Below, piece by piece: positions 47,871-57,353 of a DNA stretch of 64,000 nt. Origin of the DNA: Candidatus Nanopelagicales bacterium (GTDB taxonomy: Bacteria > Actinomycetota > Actinomycetes > S36-B12 > JAWKJK01). Numbering within the stretch: the first letter of the stretch is position 1; every line of letters starts with the position of its first letter. The stretch lies in NCBI GenBank assembly GCA_041393815.1, contig JAWKJK010000003.1:153562-217561 (forward strand). Reading direction: 5' to 3'. Under the pieces are notes generated by a model. It was not told the DNA's origin. It was given only the letters and a program-made list of their open reading frames with translations, and did no database searches. Position numbers and translations under genes: made by a program.

Positions 47871-49313
47871 TCACCTCCACTCCGTGTCGCTGCCGAGGGC
47901 GGGGCCGGGCACGGGGATGACCGGTCGTCCCACGGAGCCCGGGCAGGGCTCCCCGGCCGCGTGCGCGTAGGCGTCGTCCGCGGCCATCGTCAGGGCCGAG
48001 CGAACCGTGCGGGCCACGCCACCGGGGTGGTGGCAGGCGCCCCGGCCCTCGACCATCCCGCACCAGCGGTGCAGCCGGTCCAGCGTCGCCAGACCGCCTT
48101 GCCCGCTCGCGAGCAGCTGCAGGCCGTGCGCGAGTGCGGGCAGGCCGTTCAGGCAGGGTCCGCACTGCTGCGCACTCTCGCCCGCCATCCACCGGGTGAT
48201 CCGGGCCGTCTCGGCCAGGGTGCAGGTCCCCACCGGGACCGGGGCCAGCAGCCCGACTCCCGGGGACACGCCAGACTCGCCGCGCCCGGGGGCCTGCAGC
48301 GGCGTGGTCCACGCGTCGGCGCCGTCCAGCCAGGTCCCCGCGAATCCGCCCATGAGGACCGCACCGACCTGGGTGCGGTCGATGCCGGCGGCCTCCAGCG
48401 CGTCGCCCGCGGGCAGCCCCGACGGCACCTCGAGGACGGACGAGCCGCCGGACGGGTGCCGGACGGTCACCATCCGGGTCCCGGGGTCGCCGGGCACGCC
48501 GACCTGACGGAACCACTCCGCCCCGTGCCGGGCGATCAGCCCGACGTGGGCGTACGTCTCCGCGTTCGACAGCAGCGTGGGGCGTCCGTCGACCCCGCGC
48601 TGATCGGGCCGCGGGGTGGGCCCGGTCGGCAGCGCCGGACCGCCGGACAGGAAGCGGATGACCGCGCTGGCCTCGCCCGACACGTAGCGGTCCGGGACCT
48701 CCTCGAGGCGGACCCGCAGGTCGTGGCCGTCGTCACGCTCGAGCTCGTACAGGGCGGCGTCGACGGCGTCCCGAGTGGCCAGATCGCCGCGGTGGACGAC
48801 CACGACGACGTCGCGGGCGCCCACGGCCCGGGCGCAGGCGACGGCCCCGTCGAGCACCAGGTGGGGGGTGAGCGTGAGCAGGGAGGCGTCCTTCGCGGAC
48901 AGCGGCTCGCCCTCGGAGGCGTTGACGACGACCACCGGGCGACGACGCCGCGAGGCGACCGCGGCCAGCTTGATGCCGAACGGGAACGCCGCACCGCCGC
49001 GACCCCGCAGCCCCGAGTCGGTCACCTGCTGCAGCAGCGGGTCGGGCTCGGACCTGCCGCGCCGGCGGGGGACCGGGAGGGCGCCGTGCACCGCACGGTG
49101 CTCCTCCAGGCCGAGGCGCCGGCGCGAGTGGTCGACCCCGGCCAGCAGCCGAGCCGGTCCGAGCGCCAGGACCTGGGTGCTCCCCGGGCGCTCGTTCGGG
49201 ACCGGCGTCACCGGCGTCACGGGCTCTGCGGTGCCGGTCGGCCCGGGCAGATCCACCAGGGTCATCGTCCGGGCCTCGGCCGCGCGTGCGCCGGAACCGG
49301 GACTGGCGGTCAC
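47871..49313 (-). CDS. NuoF-like flavin/Fe-S oxidoreductase (NADH dehydrogenase subunit F family)
   Basis: GLRGRGGAAFPFGIKL, VVVNASEGEPLSAKD, YVSGEASAVIRFL, ESAQQCGPCLNG and RGACHHPGG. GTG 49313 overlaps the upstream stop (GTGA); ATG 49265 is the alternative. Confidence 0.8.
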   Translation of the reverse strand: MTASPGSGARAAEARTMTLVDLPGPTGTAEPVTPVTPVPNERPGSTQVLALGPARLLAGVDHSRRRLGLEEHRAVHGALPVPRRRGRSEPDPLLQQVTDSGLRGRGGAAFPFGIKLAAVASRRRRPVVVVNASEGEPLSAKDASLLTLTPHLVLDGAVACARAVGARDVVVVVHRGDLATRDAVDAALYELERDDGHDLRVRLEEVPDRYVSGEASAVIRFLSGGPALPTGPTPRPDQRGVDGRPTLLSNAETYAHVGLIARHGAEWFRQVGVPGDPGTRMVTVRHPSGGSSVLEVPSGLPAGDALEAAGIDRTQVGAVLMGGFAGTWLDGADAWTTPLQAPGRGESGVSPGVGLLAPVPVGTCTLAETARITRWMAGESAQQCGPCLNGLPALAHGLQLLASGQGGLATLDRLHRWCGMVEGRGACHHPGGVARTVRSALTMAADDAYAHAAGEPCPGSVGRPVIPVPGPALGSDTEWR

Positions 49314-50062
49314 GGGGTCACCGCCACCGTCGCGGTGGACTCCGGGGGCGGCGTTCCCGCCTTCTCGGCCCACCCGGGTGCCAGCGGCCCCCCGACGGCC
49401 CACAGGGTGACCAGCACGGGCGCGACGGCCAGGCCGATCAGGGCGGTGATCCGCGCCGGCTGGGGCAACGTCACCAGGCCGGCGACGCGAGCCGCCACGG
49501 CCATGATCACCAGGACGACGCAGACGGCGGTGACGATCTGCACGGCCGGGTTGCGGGCGTCGGTCCCGGTGCCGAGCCCGTGCAGCACCGAGGCGCCCCA
49601 GGCGACGTAGGTGAACGCGTGCACGACCCGCCAGGTGCGTTCGCTGAGGCGGCGACGCCACGCGGTCGCGATGAGGGCCGCGATGAGCAGGTCGACCGCG
49701 AGGGTGCCGAGGCCGAGCCAGATCGGCCGGTACGGCGAGGCGAACGGGACCACCGCGTCCCAGACGTCGATGTCGACGTAGGAGTCCAGCACCGAGGTCA
49801 CGATGTGGATGCCGAGCAGGGCCACGGTCATCAGGGCCAGCTTGCGGTGCAGCTCGTTGGTGACGAACGCGGGCATCTTGAACGGCAGCCGGCGCGCCGT
49901 GGACAGCACGCCGAGGATGACGACCAGGGTGAACTGGACCAGCAGCACCAGCCCGGTCGCCCGGTTGAGCCACCACAGGGTCTGCGAGGGGACGGTGACG
50001 TCCACGGCGGCGACAGGGGCCGCCGCCGACAGGTGCTCCAGCGTCAGGCTGAGCGCGGTCAT
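49310..50062 (-). CDS. ferric-reductase-like transmembrane (di-heme b type) protein
   Basis: Six predicted TM helices with paired His residues: NELHRKLALMTVALLGIHIV and VVHAFTYVAWGASVLHGLG. Confidence 0.8.
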   Translation of the reverse strand: MTALSLTLEHLSAAAPVAAVDVTVPSQTLWWLNRATGLVLLVQFTLVVILGVLSTARRLPFKMPAFVTNELHRKLALMTVALLGIHIVTSVLDSYVDIDVWDAVVPFASPYRPIWLGLGTLAVDLLIAALIATAWRRRLSERTWRVVHAFTYVAWGASVLHGLGTGTDARNPAVQIVTAVCVVLVIMAVAARVAGLVTLPQPARITALIGLAVAPVLVTLWAVGGPLAPGWAEKAGTPPPESTATVAVTP

Positions 50063-51048
50063 GCCGCGACCTCCTCGGGCCAGGGGTGAACGGGGACGAC
50101 GGTGCCCTCGGTCGTGACCAGTCGGGCGGGCAGGCCGGCGTTGGCCAGCCAGGTGGGTGCCGACTCGCCCAGCATCAGGGCGGCGGCGGAGGCTGCGTTG
50201 GCGTCCACGCAGGTGGCGGCGGCCACGGAGGCCGTACGGAAGCGCCCTCGTGCGGGTGAGGCGGTGCGCGGGTCGATGAGGTGGTGCACGATGCGCCGGC
50301 CGACCCGCCAGCGTCGGGCCAGGGTGGTCGAGGTCGCCAGCCCGCCGGTGGCGAGCGCGACCAGGACCGGCGGGGCCTCGCCCGGCTCGGGCTCGGGCCG
50401 CTCGGTGAGGCGGACCAGGAACCCCGGGCTGCCTTCGGGGACGCCGGCCACGGCCAGGTCACCGCCCATGCCCACGAGCACCGGACCGTCGACGGCGCGG
50501 GCGGCAGCCTGCGCGGCGGCATCGGCGGCCCAGGCCTTCGCCGACGCCCCGAGGTCGAGCACGACCCCGGCCGGCACCCGCACCGTCCCGGCCTCGTCGT
50601 CGACGACGACCTGCGTGTGGTCGGGGCGTCGGACGACGGCGACCGGCGTGGTGAGGCGCCGGATCCCGGTGCTGCGCAGCTCCTCGATGTCGCGGTCGTA
50701 GCCGTGTGCGACCAGCAGCTCGCCGATGGTGGGGTCGATCAGGCCGTCGGTGATGCGCGCCACCCGCAGCCCCTCGCGCACCAGCGTGCGGAACAGCGGG
50801 GAGGCCGGGACCGGCCGGCCCTCGGCGGTGTTGAGCTCGCTGATCTCGCTGTCGGTCCGGAACCGGCTGGCCGCGAGGTCCACGGCGTCGATGACGGCCT
50901 GCACGGCGGCCCGTGCCGGGGCCAACTCGTCGGCGCGCGTCGTCACCACCTCGACGGTGGTCGACCACACGGTCCAAGTGGCGTGGGCGGCGGGCAGGCA
51001 GTCGGTGTCCCGGACGGCGCCGCCCGCTGCGGGGGCGGCCGTGGTCAT
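50059..51048 (-). CDS. apbE: FAD:protein FMN transferase (ApbE family), no signal peptide visible
   Basis: SRFRTDSEISELN, DPTIGELL, LDLGASAKAWAAD, MGGDLAV and HHLIDPRT. ATGA overlaps at both ends. Confidence 0.85.
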   Translation of the reverse strand: MTTAAPAAGGAVRDTDCLPAAHATWTVWSTTVEVVTTRADELAPARAAVQAVIDAVDLAASRFRTDSEISELNTAEGRPVPASPLFRTLVREGLRVARITDGLIDPTIGELLVAHGYDRDIEELRSTGIRRLTTPVAVVRRPDHTQVVVDDEAGTVRVPAGVVLDLGASAKAWAADAAAQAAARAVDGPVLVGMGGDLAVAGVPEGSPGFLVRLTERPEPEPGEAPPVLVALATGGLATSTTLARRWRVGRRIVHHLIDPRTASPARGRFRTASVAAATCVDANAASAAALMLGESAPTWLANAGLPARLVTTEGTVVPVHPWPEEVAA

Positions 51049-51701
51049 GACCCGGAACCGCCGGCGGGGGCGGGCGCGGGGGCGGGCTTCGCCGGGGCCG
51101 GGGCCGGCGGGGGCGGCGGCGGCGGGGCCGGGGCGGCCGGCTTCGGGGCCGGTGCCGGGGCGGCGGGCTTCGGGGCGGGTGCGGGGGCGGCCGGCTTGGG
51201 TGCCGGCGCGGCGGCGGGCTTGGGCGCGGACTGCCCGGAGGACCCGCCCGAGCCCGAGGACCCGGAGGAGCCGGAGGAGCCGGACGACCCGCCGGAGCTC
51301 GAGGACCCGGACGAGCCGGAGGACCCGGAGGAGCCGGACGTCGTCACGGCCTGGGGAGCGGCGGCCGGCGCGGCCGGCGCGGCGTCGGCCTTGGCCTTCG
51401 CCGCCGCGGCCTTCTTCGCCTTCGCGGCCGCCTTCGCCTTGGCCTTCGCCTTGGCGGCCTTCGCCGCTGCGGCGTCCGTCGCCGCGGCCGGGTCGGAGGA
51501 CCCTGCCGCGCCGTCGTCGACGGCGGCCGCCTCGGCCACCGCCACCTCGGCCAGGGGGGCCTGCTCGGCGGCAAGCCCCGTGGTCGGTGCGGCCAGGGCC
51601 GCGGTCACGATGCCGGTCGCGGCGACGGTTCCCACCGTCGCCGCCGCGGCCATCACGTTGACCGTGCGGGTTCCTGCCGTCCTGCGGCGGGTCGCGTCCA
51701 T
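51045..51701 (-). CDS. low-complexity secreted protein (Ala/Lys, Gly/Ser and Pro/Ala/Lys repeat blocks)
   Basis: MDATRRRTAGTRTVNVMAAAATVGTVAATGIVTAALA signal with an RRR. High G/C third position in this frame. GAGGTAGG SD. Stop overlaps the apbE ATG. Confidence 0.5.
   Translation of the reverse strand: MDATRRRTAGTRTVNVMAAAATVGTVAATGIVTAALAAPTTGLAAEQAPLAEVAVAEAAAVDDGAAGSSDPAAATDAAAAKAAKAKAKAKAAAKAKKAAAAKAKADAAPAAPAAAPQAVTTSGSSGSSGSSGSSSSGGSSGSSGSSGSSGSGGSSGQSAPKPAAAPAPKPAAPAPAPKPAAPAPAPKPAAPAPPPPPPPAPAPAKPAPAPAPAGGSGS
51130..51229. repeat. 27-bp tandem repeat, about 3.7 units
   Basis: GGGGCGGCCGGCTTCGGGGCCGGTGCC-like units, encoding APAPKPAAP on the minus strand. Confidence 0.85.
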
Positions 51702-51957
51702 CGCCTACCTCTCGGGTCGGGCCCGTTCCTGCGGGGGCCTCACGGTCGGGTCGGCGCTGCGCCGGACCCGGGTCGATCCCCTCGCGGACCACTGTGGGGG
51801 AGGCACCGATAAGTGGGTACCCCGCCACTCCTAACGGGTCCCTAAGGATCTTGGGTCGCCTCAGGGAGCCGCGTCCCGGCCCGGCGGATAGGGTCAGGGG
51901 TTGCGGCGGGTCCGCTGCCGGGTGGTCGGTGCCGGGGCCCGCACGGGAGGAGGGTCC

Positions 51958-52167
51958 ATGAGCACGCGCGACAGCGGCGAGCAGAAGCGGGCGACCCGCT
52001 CGGCGGACGAGGTCGACGAGGTCGAGGTCGCCCCCGCGGAGGACGTGGCGGCCCGCAAGGAGCAGCTCGACGCCGACGTGGACGCGATGCTGGACGAGAT
52101 CGACGAGGTGCTCGAGGAGAACGCCGAGGACTTCGTGAAGTCGTTCGTGCAGAAGGGCGGCCAGTGA
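51958..52167 (+). CDS. pup: prokaryotic ubiquitin-like protein
   Basis: [15 protein letters not shown]...[28 protein letters not shown] ends in GGQ. GGGAGGAGGG SD. Confidence 0.95.
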   Translation: MSTRDSGEQKRATRSADEVDEVEVAPAEDVAARKEQLDADVDAMLDEIDEVLEENAEDFVKSFVQKGGQ

Positions 52168-53048
52168 GCAACCAGGGCGAGCGGACCGGTCAGGCACGGC
52201 TGCCGGACGCCTACCTCGGGGCCGGGTCGTCGTCGTTCGTGGAGTTCCTCGGTGCGCAGGCACCCGATCTCCTGCCCGGCCGTCGGCTGGCGCAGCAGGG
52301 CTGGCCGGCCGCTGCGCGGTCCGGTGAGGACCGCGGCCTGGACGCGCCGCACGGCACCACGATCGTGGCGGTGACCTACCCCGACGGCGCGGTGATGGCC
52401 GGCGACCGCCGGGCCACGATGGGCAACATCATCGCCCAGCGTGACATCGAGAAGGTCTTCGCCGCGGACGAGCACTGCGTGGTCGGCATCGCCGGGACCG
52501 CGGGCATCGCCGTGGAGCTGGTGCGGCTGTTCCAGGTGGAGCTGGAGCACTACGAGAAGATCGAGGGCGTCCCGCTGTCCATGGACGGCAAGGCCAACCG
52601 CCTGTCCACCCTGCTGCGCGGCAACCTGGGGCTGGCCATGCAGGGCCTGGCCGTCGTCCCGCTGCTGGCCGGCTTCGACCTGGAGTCCGAGGGCGGCCGG
52701 ATCTTCTCGTACGACGTCACCGGCGGCCGCTACGAGGAGCACGACTTCTACTCGGTCGGGTCGGGGTCGATGTTCGCGCGCGGCTCGCTGAAGAAGCTCT
52801 ACCGCGAGGACCTGTCCGCCGAGGACTCCATCGCGGTCGTCATCGAGGCGCTGTACGACGCCGCCGACGACGACTCGGCCACCGGAGGCCCGGACCTGGC
52901 CCGCGGGATCCTGCCCGTGGTGGCCCGGGTCGACGCCGCCGGGGTCCACCTGCTGTCCGACGAGGAGCTCGGGCCGGTGGTGCGCGCCGTGGTCGAGGCC
53001 CGGATGACGCGCCCGGACGGCCCGAACGCCCCGCTGCCGCGGGTCTGA
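52164..53048 (+). CDS. prcB: proteasome subunit beta
   Basis: Propeptide, then [27 protein letters not shown] overlap with the pup stop. Confidence 0.95.
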   Translation: MSNQGERTGQARLPDAYLGAGSSSFVEFLGAQAPDLLPGRRLAQQGWPAAARSGEDRGLDAPHGTTIVAVTYPDGAVMAGDRRATMGNIIAQRDIEKVFAADEHCVVGIAGTAGIAVELVRLFQVELEHYEKIEGVPLSMDGKANRLSTLLRGNLGLAMQGLAVVPLLAGFDLESEGGRIFSYDVTGGRYEEHDFYSVGSGSMFARGSLKKLYREDLSAEDSIAVVIEALYDAADDDSATGGPDLARGILPVVARVDAAGVHLLSDEELGPVVRAVVEARMTRPDGPNAPLPRV

Positions 53049-53064
53049 GGGGGCAGGAGCAGCG

Positions 53065-53835
53065 ATGAGCGTCCCGTTCTACGTCTCGCCCGAGCAGATC
53101 ATCAAGGACAAGGCGGACTACGCGCGCAAGGGCATCGCCCGCGGCCGCAGCGTCGTGGTGCTGCAGTACGACGGCGGCATCCTGTTCGTTGCGGAGAACC
53201 CGTCCCGGGCGCTGCACAAGATCTCCGAGATCTACGACCGGATCGCGTTCGCCGCGGTCGGCAAGTACAACGAGTTCGAGAACCTCCGGGTCGCCGGCGT
53301 CCGGCTCGCCGACCTGCGCGGCTTCTCCTACGACCGGCGCGACGTGACCGGGCGCAGCCTGGCCAACGCCTACGCCCAGACCCTCGGCACGATCTTCACC
53401 GAGACGCCGAAGCCGTACGAGGTGGAGATCGTCGTGGCCGAGGTGGGGGAGGGCCCGGCGGACGACCAGCTATACCGGCTCACGTTCGACGGGTCCGTCG
53501 CCGACGAGCACGGCTTCGTCGCGATGGGCGGCTCGGCGGAGAAGATCTCCGGCGCGCTGCTGGAGTCGTGGCACGACGGGATGCCGCTGGAGGAGGCCCT
53601 GCGGCTCGCGGTCGCCACCCTCGGGACCGAGGGCTCCGGCGACGGCAACCCGCGCGTCCTGACGGCCGACCAGCTCGAGGTCGCCGTGCTCGACCGGTCC
53701 CGGCCGCGGCGCAAGTTCCGCCGGGTGGTCGGCGACCGCCTCACCGACCTGCTGGGCGAACCGCCGGAGCCGCCCCCCGCTCCCGGTGTGCCCGAGTCGC
53801 CCGACACCGACCCGGAGTCCGCCGACACGCCGTGA
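53065..53835 (+). CDS. prcA: proteasome subunit alpha
   Basis: [29 protein letters not shown]...[16 protein letters not shown]. Confidence 0.95.
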   Translation: MSVPFYVSPEQIIKDKADYARKGIARGRSVVVLQYDGGILFVAENPSRALHKISEIYDRIAFAAVGKYNEFENLRVAGVRLADLRGFSYDRRDVTGRSLANAYAQTLGTIFTETPKPYEVEIVVAEVGEGPADDQLYRLTFDGSVADEHGFVAMGGSAEKISGALLESWHDGMPLEEALRLAVATLGTEGSGDGNPRVLTADQLEVAVLDRSRPRRKFRRVVGDRLTDLLGEPPEPPPAPGVPESPDTDPESADTP

Positions 53836-53861
53836 CCCGGCCTTCCGCCTAGGGTGTCGCC

Positions 53862-55232
53862 ATGGACCGCCGGATCTTCGGGCTCGAGACCGAGTACGGC
53901 GTCACGTGCACGTTCCGCGGCCAGCGCCGGCTGAGCCCGGACGAGGTCGCGCGCTACCTGTTCCGTCGGGTCGTGTCCTGGGGTCGCAGCAGCAACGTCT
54001 TCCTGCGCAACGGCGCGCGGCTCTACCTCGACGTCGGCAGCCACCCGGAGTACGCCACCCCGGAGTGCGACGACGTCGAGCAGCTCGTCGTCCACGACAA
54101 GGCCGGGGAGCGCATCCTCGAGGGCCTGCTCGTCGACGCGGAGCGGCGGCTGCGGGAGGAGGGCATCTCCGGCGACGTGTACCTGTTCAAGAACAACACC
54201 GACTCGGCTGGCAACTCCTACGGCTGCCACGAGAACTACCTGGTCGGCCGGCAGGGGGAGTTCAGCCGCCTGGCCGACGCGCTGATCCCGTTCCTGGTGT
54301 CCCGGCAGATCATCGCCGGCGCCGGCAAGGTGCTGCAGACGCCCCGCGGGGCGGTCTACTGCGTCAGCCAGCGGGCCGAGCACATCTGGGAGGGCGTCTC
54401 CAGCGCCACGACCCGGTCCCGGCCGATCATCAACACCCGGGACGAGCCGCACGCCGACGCGGAGCGCTACCGCCGGCTGCACGTGATCGTCGGCGACTCG
54501 TCGATGAGCGAGACCACCACGCTGCTGAAGGTCGGCTCGACCGACCTGGTGCTGCGGATGCTCGAGGCCGGGACGGTCCTGCGCGACATGACGCTGGAGA
54601 ACCCGATCCGCGCCATCCGGGAGATGAGCCACGACCCCACCGGTCGGAAGATCGTACGGCTCGCCAACGGGCGAGAGCTGTCGTCGCTGCAGATCCAGAC
54701 CGAGTACTTCGAGCGGGCGCTGGAGTTCGCCCACCGGCGTGGCTTGACCGAGGACCCGGCCGGCGTCCCGGCCCGGGTGCTGGACCTGTGGGGCCGCACC
54801 CTCACGGCCGTGGACACCGGCGACCTGTCGCTGGTCGAGCGCGAGGTGGACTGGGTGATCAAGCTGCGGCTGCTGGAGCGCTACATGGCCCGCCACGGGC
54901 TGCCGCTGTCCAGCCCGCGGATCGCCCAGCTGGACCTGGCGTACCACGACATCACCCGCAGCCGCGGGCTGTACTACCTGCTCGAACGACGCGGCGCCGT
55001 CGACCGGATCACCCGCGACCTCGACGTCTTCGAGGCCAAGAACGTGCCCCCGCAGACGACCCGGGCCCGGCTGCGGGGGGAGTTCATCCGCCGGGCGCAG
55101 GAGCGCCGCCGCGACTTCACGGTCGACTGGGTGCACCTCAAGCTCAACGACCAGGCCCAACGCACGGTGCTGTGCAAGGACCCGTTCCGGGCCGTGGACG
55201 AGCGGGTGGACAAGCTCATCGCCAGCATGTGA
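53862..55232 (+). CDS. pafA: Pup--protein ligase
   Basis: [14 protein letters not shown]...[21 protein letters not shown]...[19 protein letters not shown]. Confidence 0.95.
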   Translation: MDRRIFGLETEYGVTCTFRGQRRLSPDEVARYLFRRVVSWGRSSNVFLRNGARLYLDVGSHPEYATPECDDVEQLVVHDKAGERILEGLLVDAERRLREEGISGDVYLFKNNTDSAGNSYGCHENYLVGRQGEFSRLADALIPFLVSRQIIAGAGKVLQTPRGAVYCVSQRAEHIWEGVSSATTRSRPIINTRDEPHADAERYRRLHVIVGDSSMSETTTLLKVGSTDLVLRMLEAGTVLRDMTLENPIRAIREMSHDPTGRKIVRLANGRELSSLQIQTEYFERALEFAHRRGLTEDPAGVPARVLDLWGRTLTAVDTGDLSLVEREVDWVIKLRLLERYMARHGLPLSSPRIAQLDLAYHDITRSRGLYYLLERRGAVDRITRDLDVFEAKNVPPQTTRARLRGEFIRRAQERRRDFTVDWVHLKLNDQAQRTVLCKDPFRAVDERVDKLIASM

Positions 55233-55285
55233 CCGCGGCTGTGCCGCCGTCCGGGGCGACGCGGGTCGGAGGCTAGGGTGACCCG

Positions 55286-55867
55286 GTGACCCGACGCCCC
55301 GCCCTCGCGGCCGCCGCCGCGCTGCTCGCGCCCGTGCTCGTCCTCACCGCGTGCAGCTCCTCCGGCACCACCACCGGAGCGACCTCGACGCCGAGCAGCA
55401 GCAGCGCCGCCCCGGAGTCGTCCAGCGCCGAGCCGACCGAGAGCGGCCCGACCGGGGAGCCGCAGGTCATCACGGTCGCGGACGTGTCCGTGCAGGGCGC
55501 GGCCGACCAGCCGCCGCTGGTCCAGTTCCCGGTCCCGGCCACCGCGACCGAGCTCACCACCGCCGACGTGGTCGAGGGCAAGGGCAAGGAGGCCGCGCCC
55601 GACTCGACCATCACCTTCAACTACGTGGGCATCGGGGCCGAGACGGGCACGACGTTCGACTCCTCCTTCGACCGCGGCGAGCCCCTGACCTACCCGCTGA
55701 CCGGGCTCATCCCGGGCTGGCAGGAGGGCATCCCGGGCATGAAGGAGGGTGGTCGGCGGGTGCTCGTCATCCCCGGTGAGCTGGCGTACGGCGCCAACCC
55801 GCCGACGCCCGACATCCTGCCCAACGAGACGCTCATCTTCGTGATCGACCTGGTCAGCATCCCCTGA
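55286..55867 (+). CDS. FKBP-type peptidyl-prolyl isomerase lipoprotein
   Basis: Signal with LTAC lipobox. C-terminal FDSSFDRGEPLTYPL...IPGWQEGIPGMKEGGRR. Confidence 0.85.
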   Translation: MTRRPALAAAAALLAPVLVLTACSSSGTTTGATSTPSSSSAAPESSSAEPTESGPTGEPQVITVADVSVQGAADQPPLVQFPVPATATELTTADVVEGKGKEAAPDSTITFNYVGIGAETGTTFDSSFDRGEPLTYPLTGLIPGWQEGIPGMKEGGRRVLVIPGELAYGANPPTPDILPNETLIFVIDLVSIP

Positions 55868-55926
55868 CCGGAGCCGCTCCCGGCTCGCCGCACGGCACCG
55901 CCCATCGCCCACCGGAGGACACCGCC

Positions 55927-56283
55927 ATGGACAAGCCCGAGATCGACTTCATCGAGGGCCCGCCGCCGGCCGACCTGGTCATCACCGACCTCGTCGTCGG
56001 CGACGGCGCCGAGGCGGTCCCTGGTGCCACCGTGCTGGTGCACTACGTGGGCGTGGACTTCGAGAACGGCGAGGAGTTCGACGCCTCCTGGAACCGCGGC
56101 GAGCCGATCTCCTTCCCGTTGCGTGGCCTGATCCAGGGCTGGCAGGACGGCATCCCGGGCATGAAGGTCGGCGGCCGGCGTCAGCTGGTCATCCCGCCGG
56201 CGCTGGCGTACGGCGAGACCGGCGGCCACCGACTGGCCGGCCGGACCCTGGTGTTCGTCATCGACCTCCTCGACGTCTCCTGA
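55927..56283 (+). CDS. FKBP-type peptidyl-prolyl isomerase (cytoplasmic)
   Basis: FDASWNRGEPISFPLRGLIQGWQDGIPGMKVGGRRQLVIPPALAYG. Confidence 0.9.
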   Translation: MDKPEIDFIEGPPPADLVITDLVVGDGAEAVPGATVLVHYVGVDFENGEEFDASWNRGEPISFPLRGLIQGWQDGIPGMKVGGRRQLVIPPALAYGETGGHRLAGRTLVFVIDLLDVS

Positions 56284-56378
56284 CGACGCCTGACTCGACG
56301 CCCGACCCGCGACCGCCCGCGGAGGTAGCGACGACCACCCGGCGGACCGAGCGGCTGCTCAATCTCCTGTTCTGCCTG

Positions 56379-57353
56379 ATGGCGGCGGGCCGCCCGGTGT
56401 CCCGCGCGCAGATCCGGGCCGTGGTCGCGGGCTACGCCGACAGCCCCAGTGGCGACGCCTTCGAGCGGATGTTCGAGCGCGACAAGGACGAGCTGCGCGG
56501 GATGGGGATCCCGGTGGAGACCGTCGTCAACGCCGGGGGCGAGGTCGAGGGCTACCGGATCCGGCGGGAGGACTACGCGCTGCCGCCGGTGCGGTTCAGC
56601 GCGGAGGAGCTCGCCGTGCTCGGCCTGGCGGCCCGGGCCTGGGAGCAGGCCAGCCTGGGCCCCGCCGCGGCCGCCGCCCTGCGCAAGCTCGAGGCGTCCG
56701 GGGGCGGCGTGGCCGCGCCGGACGGGCTGGGCGTCACGACCCGGGTGGCGCCGGCCGATGCGGCGTTCCTGCCGCTCAGCGCCGCCGTGCGCCACCGGCG
56801 CGAGGTCCGTTTCGACTACCGCCGTCCGGGCCAGGAGGAGGTCCTGACCCGCCGGGTCCACCCCTGGGGCCTGGTCTCGCGGCGGGGCCGCTGGTACCTC
56901 GTCGGGTTCGACCTCGACCGCGACGCCGAGCGCGTCTTCCGGCTGTCCCGCATCGTGGGGACGCCGCGCCCCGTCGGCGACCCGGGGGCCTTCGACCTCC
57001 CCGCCGGCGTGGACCCGCGTGACCTCGTCGGCCGCGGGGGCGACCCTGACCGCGGGCCCGTGCGGGCCGTCGTGCGGCTGCGACCCGGGGCGGCCCACCG
57101 GCTCCGCCGCTGGGGCGCGCCGGGAGGAACCCGGCCGGCCGGCACCGAGGACGCCGTGGGCGAACCCGCCGCGGGGGCGCCCGCAGCCGGCGACCTGGTC
57201 GTGCTCGCCGGTGCCGACGAGGAGTCGCTGGCGGCCGAGATCGCGGCCGTGGGCGACGCGGCCGTGGTCGTGTCCCCGGCCGAGGTCCGCGCGGCGGTGC
57301 TGCGCCGCCTGCGACACGTGCGCGACGCCCACGCACCGGGAGCGCACTCGTGA
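56379..57353 (+). CDS. pafB: HTH/WYL-domain transcriptional regulator PafB; coordinates use the first canonical start, but the true N-terminus is probably near 56331
   Basis: FERMFERDKDELRGMGIPVE and a WYL region. The in-frame upstream sequence TTTRRTERLLNLLFCL completes the HTH but contains no ATG/GTG/TTG. Confidence 0.85.
   Translation: MAAGRPVSRAQIRAVVAGYADSPSGDAFERMFERDKDELRGMGIPVETVVNAGGEVEGYRIRREDYALPPVRFSAEELAVLGLAARAWEQASLGPAAAAALRKLEASGGGVAAPDGLGVTTRVAPADAAFLPLSAAVRHRREVRFDYRRPGQEEVLTRRVHPWGLVSRRGRWYLVGFDLDRDAERVFRLSRIVGTPRPVGDPGAFDLPAGVDPRDLVGRGGDPDRGPVRAVVRLRPGAAHRLRRWGAPGGTRPAGTEDAVGEPAAGAPAAGDLVVLAGADEESLAAEIAAVGDAAVVVSPAEVRAAVLRRLRHVRDAHAPGAHS

Noticed and set aside
50281-51834. 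+ strand ORFs (50281..51834, 50726..51661) over apbE and the low-complexity gene.
   Set aside because: Their products are poly-Arg/Pro/Gly. The minus-strand reading has an SD, overlap coupling and a plausible signal peptide.
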